A stretch of DNA of 64,000 bases from Argonema galeatum A003/A1 (GCF_023333595.1 NZ_JAIQZM010000001.1:460681-524680), one strand, 5' to 3'. Positions 30,921 to 42,419 are shown, numbered from the stretch's first letter. Notes: generated by a model from the sequence alone, not told the origin. Made by a program: numbers and translations.

Positions 30921-33068
30921 ATGATTTTTTTAATGATAAATTTCACAAAACCTCGTAGACTCTTGGGATTGGCAGCATCGGTGGCGGCTTCGATCGCTAT
31001 TTCCAGCGGTATCCACTCTGCCAGTGCTGCTGCGATCGAAACTTCCCAAGCCCAAAACCCAGTACCGATAAGCCTCAACGCTACCCAGACACCTCCAGAA
31101 GAAATAGTTGCACAACAGGTCGCCCAGCTGCAAACCAATAGCACTCAGTATCAAATCCAGCGATCGGGCATCGGGCCCCTAATCGCCATCATTGTGGTGA
31201 GCGGTATCATCATCTGTATCCCCATATTCTTTGGCGGACTGGTCGTGATCAGCGAACGCGAAGTCGGCATTGTTGTTAAGAAATTTACCCTCGTCGGTCG
31301 CGGACTCCCAGCAGGACGACTAATTGCCTTAAATGGCGAAGCTGGATATCAAGCCGATAGCCTTGCACCCGGTTGGCATTGGGGCTACTGGCCTTGGCAA
31401 TACTCAGTTCGCAAAGAATCCGTCACCGTCGTCCCCCAAGGCGAAATCGCCTTACTTGTAGCGGCAGATGGGGCCTCTATCCGACCGCAACATATGTTGG
31501 CTAAAGTTGTAACCTGCGACAACTTTCAGGATGCCCGCAAATTCCTCACCGCCGGTGGAGAAAAAGGTCGTCAGCTAGGCTTTCTCACCGCAGGTACATA
31601 CCGCATCAACACCGCCTTATTCAAAGTGATTACAGCAGCAACTGCAACTCAACAGGGCATGACTGTCGAACAGTTGCGCGTCCACACAGTCACACCTGAC
31701 AGAGTAGGCATTGTCACCACCTTAGACGGCATTCCGATCTCGGAAGGCGAAATAGCAGGTGCCGTTGTTCCCGGACACGATAACTTCCAAAACGGTCAGA
31801 AATTCGTCGAAGCTGGTGGAAGACGCGGTTTGCAAGAGCAAATTCTGCTGTCTGGTTCTTGGAACATGAATCCTTGGTTCGTGCAAGTCGAACAGGTAGC
31901 GATGACCGAAATTCCGATCGGCTATGTCGGCGTGGTAATTTCTTATGTTGGCAAAGCGCACGAAGATGTCAGCGGTGCATCTTTCACCCACGGAGATTTG
32001 GTGCGTCCGGGACACAAAGGCGTGTGGACAGAACCGCTTTACCCCGGCAAACACCCGGTCAACACCCGCATCATGAAGGTGGAACTGGTGCCGACGACCA
32101 ATATTGTACTCAATTGGTCAGGACGCACAGAGCGACACAATTACGACTCCAAACTGGAATCCCTAACTGTACGTTCTACAGATGGTTTTGCCTTCGATTT
32201 GGAAATTGCCCAAATTATCCACGTGGGTGCTTTAGACGCACCGAAGGTGATTTCTCGCGTAGGCGCGATGCAAAATTTGGTAGACCATGTTTTAGAGCCG
32301 ACGATCGGTAATTACTTCCGTAATTCAGCCCAAGCTTACACCGTGCTAGACTTCCTGAGTGCTAGAAGCGAACGTCAAGCTGAAGCATCCGAGTATATCA
32401 AAACGGCGCTGCGAGCCTATGATGTACAAGCAATTGATACTTTGATCGGCGATATTCAGCCGCCAGCACAGTTGATGCAAACCCAAACCGAACGTAAGAT
32501 TGCGGAGGAACAGCGCAAAACTTACGAAGTGCAGCAGATGGCGCAAACGCAACGCCAGCAACTTGTGCGGTCAACTGCATTAGCTGAGATTCAGCAAGAA
32601 ATGGTTAAATCTGAGCAGAATGTCAGCATTGCCGAACTGAAAGCGAATGCAGAGATTAAACAAGCGACAGGTGAAGCTGAGTCTACAAGACTAAAAGCGA
32701 TCGCGGAAGCTGATGCTATTCGCGCCACGGGTAATGCGAAAGCCGAAACTTACCGTACAGGCGTGGAAGCTTTGGGTTCGCAAGGTTACACGGCAATGCA
32801 GCTGATGCAGATTATAGGCGATCGCAAAGTGCGCCTCATCCCCGACATCTTAGTCAGCGGTAACAACGGCGGTAACGGTTTGGTGGATGGTTTGCTAACA
32901 ATGATGTTGTGGGATAAAGCTGGTAAACCGAATAATGGCACGCCGCCTATTTCTCCAGAAACCAACGGGGACTCAACATTGCCCAAATCAGATAACGTTC
33001 CCGTAATTCCTGTTGAGTTCTTACCCAATAAACAAAACAGTCAAGGCAAACCGCCAACTGTTCGTTAA
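30921..33068 (+). CDS. Flotillin/SPFH (band-7) family protein, long form (715 aa; start uncertain)
   Basis: A TM helix 'GPLIAIIVVSGIIICIPIFFGGLVV' is followed by an SPFH-like region. The C-terminus has flotillin-type Ala/Glu/Gln coiled-coil repeats '...AEIKQATGEAESTRLKAIAEADAIRATGNAKAETYR'. Confidence 0.7.
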   Translation: MIFLMINFTKPRRLLGLAASVAASIAISSGIHSASAAAIETSQAQNPVPISLNATQTPPEEIVAQQVAQLQTNSTQYQIQRSGIGPLIAIIVVSGIIICIPIFFGGLVVISEREVGIVVKKFTLVGRGLPAGRLIALNGEAGYQADSLAPGWHWGYWPWQYSVRKESVTVVPQGEIALLVAADGASIRPQHMLAKVVTCDNFQDARKFLTAGGEKGRQLGFLTAGTYRINTALFKVITAATATQQGMTVEQLRVHTVTPDRVGIVTTLDGIPISEGEIAGAVVPGHDNFQNGQKFVEAGGRRGLQEQILLSGSWNMNPWFVQVEQVAMTEIPIGYVGVVISYVGKAHEDVSGASFTHGDLVRPGHKGVWTEPLYPGKHPVNTRIMKVELVPTTNIVLNWSGRTERHNYDSKLESLTVRSTDGFAFDLEIAQIIHVGALDAPKVISRVGAMQNLVDHVLEPTIGNYFRNSAQAYTVLDFLSARSERQAEASEYIKTALRAYDVQAIDTLIGDIQPPAQLMQTQTERKIAEEQRKTYEVQQMAQTQRQQLVRSTALAEIQQEMVKSEQNVSIAELKANAEIKQATGEAESTRLKAIAEADAIRATGNAKAETYRTGVEALGSQGYTAMQLMQIIGDRKVRLIPDILVSGNNGGNGLVDGLLTMMLWDKAGKPNNGTPPISPETNGDSTLPKSDNVPVIPVEFLPNKQNSQGKPPTVR

Positions 33069-33600
33069 TTTAGTAGTAAAAAAGAAGCCCGGTTTCTTAG
33101 AGAAACCGGGTTTCTAGAGGCTTAGGGAGGGGGTAAGAAACCCGGTTTTTCCAAAAAACCGGGTTTCTGGAAGGGGCATTGGTTACTTTGTCAGGGTTTC
33201 CTACCTATCAATCGACTTACAGGAGCTTACTAACGCTCTACTTCGTTCCCGGTATTCATTGGTTCAGGGGGCGACGCGATCGCATTTTCTGATGGCAAGC
33301 GTAAGCACTCAGCTGCCAGAAACCCGGTTTTTCCAAAAAACCGGGTTTCTTAGCCTCAGCGTAAGCACTCAGCTGCCAGAAACCCGGTTTTTTTGTCCAA
33401 GCGTAGGCACTCAGCCGCCAGAAACCCGGTTTCTCGAAGAAACCGGGTTTCTTTGTCCGACGCGATCGCATTTTCTGATGCCAGGCGTAAGCACCAAGCT
33501 GCCAGAAACCCGGTTTTTCCAAAAAACCGGGTTTCTTTGTTCTAAGCGTAAGCACCAAGCTTTAAAATGATTAGAAACCCGGTTTCTTTAAGAAACCGGG
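33069..33600. repeat. REP-2 cluster: ~10 copies of AGAAACCCGGTTTCT / AGAAACCGGGTTTCT palindromes
   Basis: Repeated 'GAAACCCGGTTT(T)TCCAAAAAACCGGGTTTC' units. The ORFs 33256-33570 on both strands are artefacts of the repeats. Confidence 0.9.
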
Positions 33601-33627
33601 TTTCTAGCCACTCACCCAACTTCTGAT

Positions 33628-34197
33628 ATGCCACGTCGCCAAGTTATCTTGCAAGCGGGTAATTATTATCATGTTTATAACCGAGGCAATAACCGTCAGC
33701 TTATCTTTTTTGAGCGAGAAAACTACATTTATTTCTTGCGTCAATTAAGAAATTATCTCATCAATAATGGCACAGATATCATTGCTTATTGCTTAATGCC
33801 TAATCATTATCATTTATTAGTTTACCTCCAAACAGATAACTTTTCCGATTTAATGCAGGCATTTTCTCTTTCTTACACTAAATCTATTAATAAGCGTTAT
33901 GAGAGAGTAGGTTCGCTTTTTCAGGGACGCTTTCAGGCGATTCATGTAGATCGAGAAGAATATTTATTGTATTTAACTCGATATATTCACTTAAACCCAG
34001 TGATTGCTAATATAGTTGAAAAAGCAGAAGATTGGGAGTTTTCCAGCTATCAAGAATATATTGATTTGCGACCTGGTACTTTGCCTAAATTAGAAGGAGT
34101 GCGATCGCAGTTACCCTCAGCAGATGATTACCGTTTATTTGTGGAAGCGGATTTGGATAGTGAAAAGGTTATCAAGCATTTTATGTTTGAGGAATAG
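33628..34197 (+). mobile_element. REP-associated tyrosine transposase (RAYT), 189 aa, second family
   Basis: 'YHVYNRGNNRQLIF', 'CLMPNHYHLLVY' (HuH), 'GSLFQGRFQAIHV', 'YIHLNP' and 'WEFSSY' (catalytic Tyr region) are present. REP-2 copies flank it at 33069-33600 and 34203-34243. Confidence 0.85.
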
Positions 34198-34271
34198 AAA
34201 CTCTGTGGGACTAGAAACCCGGTTTCTCAAAGAAACCGGGTTTCTGATGGATATTTTTTATTTGAAAATCC

Positions 34272-34874
34272 CTAATAACATTCCTCTGAAACTTCTTGTT
34301 CTGCAAATTTTACTTTATTATATATATCATCTAGGGAAATTTTAAATTGGACTGAATTGAGTGCGATCGCTTCATCTTCATCATCATATTCGCCAAATAA
34401 CCACCGCTTTTTACCCGTCTTATAAAATTGTTCGACATGAACTTTTGTTTGGTCGATCAGGATATATTCCTCCAAATTAGATAAGGTGCGGTAAGCTGCA
34501 AACTTTCCACTTTTGTCATACCCCTTAGTTGAATCTGACAAAACCTCAATAATCACTTTTGGATTGATAATCGTATCAGTTCTATTATTAAAATATTCTG
34601 GTTCTCCTGCCACTATCATTACATCAGGATAAGTGTAGATGCGTCGCTTGGCTATCCACAACCGCACATCACTCATATACACTCGGTAATCGAGCTTTTT
34701 GAAGGCAAAGTTCAGTTCACTACTGAAGTTGCCAGCAATTTGATTATGATTGGTAGATTCCCCTGGGATATGAAAAATTTTACCGTCAATGTATTCGCTT
34801 TTATAATCAGCTACTTCCTCTAGGGCTAGGTATTCTTCTGGGGAGTAGTATTGCTGTTCGGTAAGCTGCATCAT
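34272..34874 (-). CDS. Uma2-family (DUF820) restriction-endonuclease-like protein
   Basis: 'SPEEYLALEE...SEYIDGKIFHIPGESTNHNQIAGNF...PDVMIVAGEPE' is the typical Uma2 PD-(D/E)XK arrangement. Confidence 0.75.
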   Translation of the reverse strand: MMQLTEQQYYSPEEYLALEEVADYKSEYIDGKIFHIPGESTNHNQIAGNFSSELNFAFKKLDYRVYMSDVRLWIAKRRIYTYPDVMIVAGEPEYFNNRTDTIINPKVIIEVLSDSTKGYDKSGKFAAYRTLSNLEEYILIDQTKVHVEQFYKTGKKRWLFGEYDDEDEAIALNSVQFKISLDDIYNKVKFAEQEVSEECY

Positions 34875-34937
34875 AATACAATCTGCGAAGGCTCTATCTT
34901 AGTATAACATCTCCGATCGGGATTATTGCCAAGGTAA

Positions 34938-36848
34938 ATGTGTTTGACCAAAGGCAATCTTGCGGGAGGGGGATTTTTAAGCTTAGATGGGGCCGATCGG
35001 ACCCAATCTGAGTTAATATATAATAAATTAAATTTGTCAGCAAAACCTTTGCTAATTCAAAATCGTTACCGCCTCATCGAATTAATCGCCCAAAAGGGAT
35101 TTAGCAAAACTTTCCTCGCCGTCGATGAAAGTCTATCTCCGACCTATCCTTGTATAATTAAACAATTATCGAATGACAACGAAACCCCAGAAAACTTAAC
35201 CCAAGCCACAAAATTAGCACAAGAAGCACGATTACTGGGAGAATTAGGCCAACATCCCCAAATTCCCGCACTGTTAGATTATTTTACAGAAAATGAATAT
35301 ATTTATCTGATTCAAGAGTTTATTGATGGCACTAATTTAGCTAAAGTGGTGGACTCAGAAAGCAGCTTCACTGAAGCGCAGATTTGGCAACTATTAAATG
35401 ATTTATTGCCAGTACTAAAATTTATCCACGATCGTCAAATTATTCATCGAGATATTAAGCCAGAAAATATAATTCGCCGTAATTCCGATCGGTGCCTATT
35501 TTTGATTAATTTTAGTGCTGCCAAAAGGGCAACAATCATCGACTCTCTGAAAACCGAAACTAGCATCGGCAGTGCAGAATATGTGGCACCAGAACAAGCG
35601 AAAGGAAAAGCTGTTTTTGCCAGCGACCTTTATAGCTTGGGGGTAACTTGCATTTACCTGCTGACGGGGATTTCTCCTTTTGATTTATTCGATACGGCAA
35701 ATGATTGTTGGGTTTGGCGACAGTATATAATTGGTGATGTTAGCGATCGCCTCTCTCACATCCTAGACAAACTCATCCAAAATGCCGTCAACCTCCGCTT
35801 TCAATCTGCTGATCAAGTAATGGAAGCACTAGGTAGTCAATCCAAAATCCAAAATCCAAAATCCAAGATCCAAAATCCCCCGTGGCGGTGCATACGAACC
35901 CTTACGGGAAATTCGGGTTTATTTGCAAGCGTGAATGCCGTTGCCATCAGCCCTAATGGTGAAATTCTAGCCAGTTGCAGCGATGACAAAAATATCAAAT
36001 TATGGAATATAAATACCGGGGAAGTAATCTCTACTCTCTACGGACATACAAATTTTGTTAAATCTGTTGCCTTTAGTCCAGATGGAACGATTTTAGCAAC
36101 GGGAAGCGACGATCGCACAATCAAATTGTGGAACGTCAGCACAAGTGAGGAAATTTGCACCTTGTTGGGACATTCCCACGCTGTTAAGTCAGTGACGTTT
36201 CACCCTGACGGCCAAATTTTAGCCAGCGGTAGCTGGGATAAAACGATTAAATTATGGGATGTTCAAACAAGAGAACTTCTTTGCACATTAACCGGACATC
36301 AATTACAAGTAAATTCAGTTGCTTTTAGTCGATCGAATGTCACAGGCGAGACACCTGTACTACTCGCCAGCGCCAGTTTTGACCGCACAGTGCGCGTGTG
36401 GGATTGCCAAAACCTAACCCAGAATTTCCCCCCTCCCCGTCGCGGGTCGGGGCTGGGGGTGGGGTTCCTGCGCTATAATCTGAGCGGTCACTTATGGCCG
36501 GTTTTTGCGTCCGCTTTCCATCCTCAAGGTCAAATCCTTGCCACGGGTAGCGATGATAAAACCGTCAAATTGTGGGACTTGAAAACTGGGCAAGAAATCC
36601 GCACACTTTCGGGCCACTCGTGGACAGTCGTAGCAGTTGCTTTTAGTGTGGATGGCGAAACCCTATTTAGTGGCAGTTGGGATAAGACAATAAAAATCTG
36701 GAGGGTAAGTAGGGGTGAAGAAATTGCTACCCTTGATGAGCATTTTGATTCAGTGTCTGCAATTGCTGTTAGTCCTAATGGAAAAATCCTTGCTACCGCT
36801 AGCAAGGATAAGACTATCAAGTTGTGGCGGCTTGTAAGTAAACTTTAA
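34938..36848 (+). CDS. Ser/Thr protein kinase with C-terminal WD40 repeats
   Basis: Kinase motifs '[12 protein letters not shown]' and '[10 protein letters not shown]' are followed by ≥7 WD40 repeats ('GH...[21 protein letters not shown]'). Confidence 0.9.
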   Translation: MCLTKGNLAGGGFLSLDGADRTQSELIYNKLNLSAKPLLIQNRYRLIELIAQKGFSKTFLAVDESLSPTYPCIIKQLSNDNETPENLTQATKLAQEARLLGELGQHPQIPALLDYFTENEYIYLIQEFIDGTNLAKVVDSESSFTEAQIWQLLNDLLPVLKFIHDRQIIHRDIKPENIIRRNSDRCLFLINFSAAKRATIIDSLKTETSIGSAEYVAPEQAKGKAVFASDLYSLGVTCIYLLTGISPFDLFDTANDCWVWRQYIIGDVSDRLSHILDKLIQNAVNLRFQSADQVMEALGSQSKIQNPKSKIQNPPWRCIRTLTGNSGLFASVNAVAISPNGEILASCSDDKNIKLWNINTGEVISTLYGHTNFVKSVAFSPDGTILATGSDDRTIKLWNVSTSEEICTLLGHSHAVKSVTFHPDGQILASGSWDKTIKLWDVQTRELLCTLTGHQLQVNSVAFSRSNVTGETPVLLASASFDRTVRVWDCQNLTQNFPPPRRGSGLGVGFLRYNLSGHLWPVFASAFHPQGQILATGSDDKTVKLWDLKTGQEIRTLSGHSWTVVAVAFSVDGETLFSGSWDKTIKIWRVSRGEEIATLDEHFDSVSAIAVSPNGKILATASKDKTIKLWRLVSKL

Positions 36849-37186
36849 GCGCTACCAGTAAACGCTACTTCTGGGAATTTACCTTGCGCTTCAGACATCG
36901 GGCGGCGTCTGCCTTCCTCTTGCCAGTAGTTAATGACTTCGGTTGCTTTATTAAGCAATTCTACACGATCGTGTTCGGAGATCCAGTGCTTGGCCTCCAT
37001 CTCGTTTTTTAATTCTTCCCAAGCATCGTTCCGAGGCCAGAAAAAGTATTTAGTCAAAGGACTGGTGCCTTTGCCTACAACTTGGTCAACAGCGATGGCT
37101 ACATCCTTATCCAGCCAAAGAACCTTTAAAATGAACTTCGACAATGAAACCTCCGAGTTCAACTCAGACTTTTTGAGACTATACAA
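36845..37186 (-). CDS. ycf65: PSRP-3/Ycf65-like ribosome-associated protein
   Basis: '[74 protein letters not shown]' matches the conserved cyanobacterial/plastid PSRP-3 core. Confidence 0.7.
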   Translation of the reverse strand: MYSLKKSELNSEVSLSKFILKVLWLDKDVAIAVDQVVGKGTSPLTKYFFWPRNDAWEELKNEMEAKHWISEHDRVELLNKATEVINYWQEEGRRRPMSEAQGKFPEVAFTGSA

Positions 37187-37209
37187 CCTTACTATAATAG
37201 CGTGCTAAT

Positions 37210-38088
37210 TTGGTCGATGACCAAATTCTCTGGCAAAAATATCAGATTCGCAGGTGCAGAACATTGACCCCAAAACCCAGTCTGGAAGCCAACTTAACCG
37301 CCGCGATCGTCGTTTTCGATATTGATGGTGTCGTCCGCGATGTGGCAGGATCTTATCGGAGAGCGATCGCAGATACCGTCGAGCATTTCACCGCCAAAGC
37401 TTATCGCCCAACACAAGCCGATATGGACAGCCTCAAGTCGGAAGGCATCTGGAATAACGACTGGGAGGCTTCCCAAGAGTTAGTTTATCGATCTTTTGAG
37501 ACGCAGGGGCAGAAACGAAGCGAAATTGCGATCGACTACCAAACCCTCATCGACTTTTTCCAGTCCCGATATCAAGGGCTAAATCCCCAAAATTGGACAG
37601 GTTATATCTGTACCGAACCGTTGCTTTTACAGCCTACCTACCTGGAAAGCCTTACCCAAGCTGGCATTCCTTGGGGCTTTTTCAGCGGCGCACCCCGCGC
37701 CGAAGCTGCTTACGTTTTGGAGGGACGCCTGGGTTTACAGTCGCCTGTACTGATGGCGATGGAGGATGCCCCCGGTAAACCCGACCCCACTGGTTTGTTC
37801 GCAGCTGTGCATCAGTTGGACAACCAGTCATCAATAGATGTGGCGACGCCGGTTATCTATGTGGGCGATACAGTTGCCGATATGTATACTGTTGAGAAAG
37901 CGCGATCGCTACAACCCAGTCGGCGTTGGATTGGCGTGGGAATTTTGCCGCCCCATCTTCAGCAAACACCCGAACGTCGCGATGCCTATGCCGTCAATCT
38001 CCAACAAGCTGGTGCAGTCGCGATTTTCAGCAACGTGCAAGAGTTAACTCCAGCCAAAATTGGGGAATTGCTACTCTCTTGTTTTTAG
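37210..38088 (+). CDS. HAD-superfamily hydrolase
   Basis: HAD motif I is 'VVFDIDGVVRD' and the C-terminal motif is 'YVGDTVADM'. Confidence 0.7.
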   Translation: MVDDQILWQKYQIRRCRTLTPKPSLEANLTAAIVVFDIDGVVRDVAGSYRRAIADTVEHFTAKAYRPTQADMDSLKSEGIWNNDWEASQELVYRSFETQGQKRSEIAIDYQTLIDFFQSRYQGLNPQNWTGYICTEPLLLQPTYLESLTQAGIPWGFFSGAPRAEAAYVLEGRLGLQSPVLMAMEDAPGKPDPTGLFAAVHQLDNQSSIDVATPVIYVGDTVADMYTVEKARSLQPSRRWIGVGILPPHLQQTPERRDAYAVNLQQAGAVAIFSNVQELTPAKIGELLLSCF

Positions 38089-38306
38089 TATGCAAAATTA
38101 TATCATGTCCAGTAGCATCGTTTATCTAAAAAATTCGTGTGATTATTCTTATCTGCGTTAATCTGCGTTAATCTGTCTACCCTACGGGAAGGCTTCGCCT
38201 ACATCTGCGGTAAAAATTTAACCAACGATGAAAACAGACAATTTGACGACATCACTCATGTACTAACGATGCAACCGGACACGATATTATTAGAAATGCG
38301 CGGCAA

Positions 38307-39362
38307 TTATTGTTCAATTTTCAAGAACTTTTGCAAGGCTGCTACCATAGCAGGAGGCCAACGGCGGATATTTTTCACCCACTCTATATCTTTATAACGC
38401 GAGTCGAGTCCAACAGTTGCAACCCAGTTACTTTCTGCTTCGCCGTGTTGTCCCTGTACCCAAAGAGCGGCTGTCAAAGCGGCCCTCATGTCGGGAAATT
38501 GGGGATATTTGCGGATAATATTCCGCATGGTGCGAATGGCTACTTCTGTTTGACCAGTTTGATAGAGTGCAAGGGCGTAGTTAGCACGGGCGAAGGCAAA
38601 GTTGGGGGCTAACTCAAGTGCTTTTTCGTAGTCTGCGATCGCATCTTGCCATTGTCCCAAACCTCCTTCAGCATTCCCCCGGTTGTGGTAACCCATCGGA
38701 TCGTTGGGGTTTAGTTCCAGCACACGATCGTAATCTGCTCTAGCATCATCGAACCGTCCCAGCGCTTCCAAAACCAAGCCGCGATTCAGATACGGATCGG
38801 GCGCGTTGGGGGCCAGTTCCATCGCTTTATTGTAATCTGCGATCGCTTCCTCCAACTTATTCTGACTAGCCTTAGAATTACCGCGATTGCTCCATAAAGC
38901 TGCATTATTTGGCAATAACTCTATCAGCTGAGTCCAATAAGTTTCAGATGTGGCAAAGTCCCCATTTTGGGTAGCATCAACTACCTTTTCGCCCAAGACA
39001 TTTATTTTTTCCTCTAACTCTTTTTCGCTAATTATTGGCAGCGTCTCCGTTTCGCTAACACTCGGTTGCACCGTTTCCGTTTCGCTAATACTTGGTTGCA
39101 CCGTTTCCGTTTCGCTAACACTTGGTTGCACCGTCTCGGTTGCGGTAATAATTGGCGGCGTTTCCGTTTCTGTAATAATCGGTGGCGTTTCCGTTTCTGT
39201 AATAATTGGCGGCGTTTCCGTTTCTGTAATAATCGACGGCGTTTCCGTTTCTGTAATAATCGGCGGCGTCTCCGTTTGCGCCACCACTGGCGAAATATTA
39301 ACAAACCCAATTGAAATAACAAGAAGCAGCACACACAGTAAATTCAAAATCCAGCGAATCAT
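38307..39362 (-). CDS. Secreted/lipoprotein-like TPR-repeat protein with (TETETPPII)n and (SETETVQPS)n N-terminal repeats
   Basis: A signal-peptide-like N-terminus is followed by Thr/Glu/Pro repeats, encoded by 27-30-bp DNA tandem repeats at ~39030-39270. At least six TPR motifs follow ('AIADYNKAMELAPN...'). Confidence 0.75.
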   Translation of the reverse strand: MIRWILNLLCVLLLVISIGFVNISPVVAQTETPPIITETETPSIITETETPPIITETETPPIITETETPPIITATETVQPSVSETETVQPSISETETVQPSVSETETLPIISEKELEEKINVLGEKVVDATQNGDFATSETYWTQLIELLPNNAALWSNRGNSKASQNKLEEAIADYNKAMELAPNAPDPYLNRGLVLEALGRFDDARADYDRVLELNPNDPMGYHNRGNAEGGLGQWQDAIADYEKALELAPNFAFARANYALALYQTGQTEVAIRTMRNIIRKYPQFPDMRAALTAALWVQGQHGEAESNWVATVGLDSRYKDIEWVKNIRRWPPAMVAALQKFLKIEQ

Positions 39363-39491
39363 TAGAATTTTTGTCCCTTGTTTTTAACTGTTATCAATCA
39401 GTAATTAGCCGTCGTAATAGGCTATTTTTTCCCACTACTCCCTAGTCCCTATTTTCTTTTGACTTTTGACTTTTGACTTTTCTAGCCCCTA

Positions 39492-40580
39492 CTAATATCC
39501 TAAATGCTTCCAAGCAGCTGGGGTAACCATCCGACCGCGAGGCGTCCGCAACATAAATCCTATCTGCATTAGATAAGGTTCGTAAACTTCCTCAATCGTT
39601 TGGACATCTTCACCACTTGCTGATGCAATTGTCTCGATTCCCACAGGCCCTCCGTTGAAGTTTTGGATCATAACACTCAACACCCGCCTGTCTGTCCAGT
39701 CTAAGCCGAGAGGGTCAACATTAAACACTTTCAGTGCTTCTGCTGCTACCTCTTGAGTAATTTCTCCTTTGGCTTTAACTTGGGTGTAGTCTCGCACCCG
39801 TTTGAGCAGGCGGTTGGCAATTCGCGGCGTACCACGGGAACGGCGAGCAATTTCTTCAGCGCCTTCACGGGAGATCGGCGTTTTGAGGATCTCGGCAGTC
39901 CGCAGTAGAATCACTGTGAGTTCTTCCGGCTCATAAAAGTGTAGCCGTTGAATGAGACCAAAGCGATCGCGCAACGGTGACGTCAGTGCCCCCGCACGAG
40001 TCGTCGCCCCTACCAAAGTAAACGGTGATAGCGGCAAACTGCGAGTCTTTGCGCTCTGACCTTTTCCGATCGTAATATCGAGCCGAAAGTCTTCCATCGC
40101 TGGGTAGAGAAGTTCCTCTGCCATCCGGGTGAGGCGATGAATTTCGTCAATAAACAGGATTTCACCAGGTTTGAGACTCACCAGTAAGCCTACAATGTCT
40201 CGCGGACGTTCCAGGGAAGGTGCCCCTGTGATTTTGCAGCTGGTGCCCATTTCCGCCGCTAAAATCAGCGCCATTGTAGTTTTGCCCAAACCGGGAGGGC
40301 CATACAGCAGCAGGTGATCCAGTGTCTCGCCTCTACCTCTAGCCGCTGCGATGCCTATTTCCAAAACCGTCTTGAGATCTTTTTGGCCGATATAGTCGGC
40401 GAGTCGCTGGGGTCTGATTCCCTCTTCCAGCTTGTCGGTTTCATCAACAGCTGCTGTTGGTGCCAACAAATCTGATTTTGGCGGCGAAGAAGGAGATTTG
40501 CCACTTGACTCCCGACGCCGCTTGGGTTGGGAGTCTGGTTCGGTGGGCTGTTGTTTTGAGGAAATTATCGCCATAATCAA
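39492..40580 (-). CDS. ruvB: Holliday junction branch-migration ATPase RuvB (with a ~50-aa low-complexity N-terminal extension)
   Basis: '[16 protein letters not shown]...[23 protein letters not shown]...' contains Walker A, and the RuvB C-terminal winged-helix follows. Confidence 0.95.
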   Translation of the reverse strand: MIMAIISSKQQPTEPDSQPKRRRESSGKSPSSPPKSDLLAPTAAVDETDKLEEGIRPQRLADYIGQKDLKTVLEIGIAAARGRGETLDHLLLYGPPGLGKTTMALILAAEMGTSCKITGAPSLERPRDIVGLLVSLKPGEILFIDEIHRLTRMAEELLYPAMEDFRLDITIGKGQSAKTRSLPLSPFTLVGATTRAGALTSPLRDRFGLIQRLHFYEPEELTVILLRTAEILKTPISREGAEEIARRSRGTPRIANRLLKRVRDYTQVKAKGEITQEVAAEALKVFNVDPLGLDWTDRRVLSVMIQNFNGGPVGIETIASASGEDVQTIEEVYEPYLMQIGFMLRTPRGRMVTPAAWKHLGY

Positions 40581-40659
40581 TCAGTCGGCAATCGGAAAAT
40601 TTAGATTGGTTTTCGGATAGGCTCTAAATATCATCACTTGGGGAGCGCGAGACACTGCC

Positions 40660-41430
40660 ATGCTAGCTAAACGAATCTTACCTTGCTTGGATGTAAAAGC
40701 TGGGCGAGTTGTCAAAGGTGTCAATTTCGTCGATCTCAAGGATGCTGGCGACCCGGTGGAATTGGCACAGGTTTACAATGAGGCTGGTGCGGATGAGTTG
40801 GTGTTTCTGGATATCACTGCCACTCACGAAGACCGGGAAATTATCATAGATGTGGTATATCGCACGGCTGAGCAGGTTTTTATCCCTTTGACGGTTGGTG
40901 GCGGCATTCAATCCTTAGAAATGATTAAACAATTGTTAAGGGCTGGTGCGGATAAGGTGAGCATGAACTCATCGGCTGTGCGCGATCCAGATTTTATCAA
41001 TCGATCGAGCGATCGCTTTGGCAATCAGTGTATTGTTGTGGCAATTGATGCCAGAAAGCGGCAAGACCCAAATAACCCCGGTTGGGATGTCTACGTGCGG
41101 GGCGGACGAGAAAACACTGGTAAGGATGCGATCGCCTGGGCGAAAGAAGCCGAGCAACGCGGCGCAGGAGAGCTTCTCGTGACGAGTATGGACGCTGACG
41201 GCACTCAGGCTGGATATGACCTCAAATTGACTCGCACCATTGCCGACAATGTGCAAATTCCGGTTATTGCCTCTGGCGGCGCGGGTAACTGCGGTCACAT
41301 TTATGACGCCCTTACTGAGGGCAAAGCGGAAGCAGCACTCCTAGCATCCCTGTTGCATTACGGTCAACTTTCCGTAGCGGAAATAAAAAATTACTTAACA
41401 TCTCACCACGTTCCAGTCAGGTTGCTGTAA
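40660..41430 (+). CDS. hisF: Imidazole glycerol phosphate synthase cyclase subunit HisF
   Basis: '[24 protein letters not shown]...[12 protein letters not shown]...' runs through '...[10 protein letters not shown]' with HisF-typical motifs. Confidence 0.95.
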   Translation: MLAKRILPCLDVKAGRVVKGVNFVDLKDAGDPVELAQVYNEAGADELVFLDITATHEDREIIIDVVYRTAEQVFIPLTVGGGIQSLEMIKQLLRAGADKVSMNSSAVRDPDFINRSSDRFGNQCIVVAIDARKRQDPNNPGWDVYVRGGRENTGKDAIAWAKEAEQRGAGELLVTSMDADGTQAGYDLKLTRTIADNVQIPVIASGGAGNCGHIYDALTEGKAEAALLASLLHYGQLSVAEIKNYLTSHHVPVRLL

Positions 41431-41534
41431 TATCTCCAAACTCTATCTTTAGGGGGGTTTAGCGATCGCCACATAGCATCAAGCCAACAGTTGCATATAT
41501 TAGAATAGATAAAACTGTTACATTTCGTAAAAAT

Positions 41535-41741
41535 ATGTTGATTGCTATTCTAATGTTTGACGTGGCCTTAGTGGCTTGGTCGCTGCACCTCATGCAACAG
41601 GCATTCGATCAACAGGAATTTTCCTTGATGCTGGCGGGTACTTTAGTGGCGATGTCCGCAGCTGCGATGTTGGTGGTATATTTCCTCGTGGGAGGCTGCA
41701 TGGGCTACTTAGCCCAAATGAGTCAGCATACTTATTATTAA
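41535..41741 (+). CDS. Small hypothetical membrane protein (68 aa, two predicted TM helices)
   Basis: A hydrophobic ORF immediately upstream of tRNA-Ala. There is no homology support. Confidence 0.3.
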   Translation: MLIAILMFDVALVAWSLHLMQQAFDQQEFSLMLAGTLVAMSAAAMLVVYFLVGGCMGYLAQMSQHTYY

Positions 41742-41807
41742 AGAAATTTTTGGCGAAGGTGCTTGACAAGACGCCGATAGTTAAGGCATAATGGAAAAGC
41801 GTCGAAA

Positions 41808-41880
41808 GGGGCTATAGCTCAGTTGGTAGAGTGCTTCAATGGCATTGAAGATGTCAGCGGTTCGAGTCCGCTTAGCTCCA
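41808..41880 (+). tRNA. tRNA-Ala (anticodon GGC)
   Basis: The cloverleaf was folded by hand. The acceptor stem is GGGGCTA/TAGCTCC with the G3:U70 Ala identity pair. The D-arm is GCTC-AGTTGGTA-GAGT, the anticodon stem is CTTCA/TGAAG with loop ATGGCAT (anticodon GGC), and the T-arm is AGCGG-TTCGAGT-CCGCT. The discriminator is A, and no CCA is encoded. Confidence 0.9.
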
Positions 41881-41890
41881 TCCCTAAATA

Positions 41891-41940
41891 GTAGGTACGT
41901 AGTTGCGCTTTAGCGCTAAAGCGCAACTACGTACCAAAGC
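41891..41940. repeat. REP-1 inverted pair (GGTACGTAGTTGCGCTTTAGCGCTAAAGCGCAACTACGTACC) directly 3' of tRNA-Ala
   Basis: A perfect long palindrome of the REP-1 family. Confidence 0.85.
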
Positions 41941-41972
41941 TATTCTCTTCTCAAATTTTCCTTCACCCAAAG

Positions 41973-42419
41973 TTAAAAAGCTCTAATGGCTTGACTTCTG
42001 CCTTCTCTTTGAGTGCGATCGACATATTCATTAACTAATTCAATAATAGGAATATTGGGAAAATTCGGACTCATATTCGACTCAACATACTTGCCTTCTT
42101 GCAGCAGATTAATTTGCAATCCCCGCCTTGTATAGCGCCACAGTTCCGGTACTCCCAACAACTGATAATTATTAAACTGAGTCCGGGAAGTAATATCAAT
42201 TTCAATTGCTAAATCAGGAGGCGGATCGACAGTCAAGTCCAAACTGTTTTTAGCGATGACAGCCGCGTAATTTTGAATATAAAAACAAGTGTCTGGTTCC
42301 ACAGCTTGAATCATGCGATCGTTCTTAATGGATTTGAACATATTCAACTGCATTATATCATAGACAAGAATTAAAAAAGGTACGTAGTTGCGATGCCGCG
42401 CTCTTATCTGGCGCGGCAT
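41973..42419 (-). pseudogene. Uma2-family (DUF820) protein, N-terminally truncated with a REP-1 at its 5' end
   Basis: '...PPDLAIEIDITSRTQFNNYQLLGVPELWRYTRRG...' is the Uma2 C-terminal half. The ORF start coincides with the REP-1 palindrome at 42377-42434. Confidence 0.55.

Noticed and set aside
31722-32580. Minus- and plus-strand 60-150-aa ORFs inside the flotillin gene
   Set aside because: They are embedded antisense or out of frame in a coherent 715-aa SPFH/flotillin frame.
33256-33570. 100-103-aa ORFs on both strands inside the REP-2 cluster
   Set aside because: They are products of the palindromic repeats (both strands give mirror-image, low-complexity 'KPGF...' peptides) and have no start context.
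38950-39387. Overlapping 82-145-aa ORFs (both strands) at the 5' end of the TPR gene
   Set aside because: They are artefacts of the 27-30-bp tandem repeats encoding TETETPPII. The minus-strand TPR frame is the only one with a coherent signal peptide and TPR continuation.
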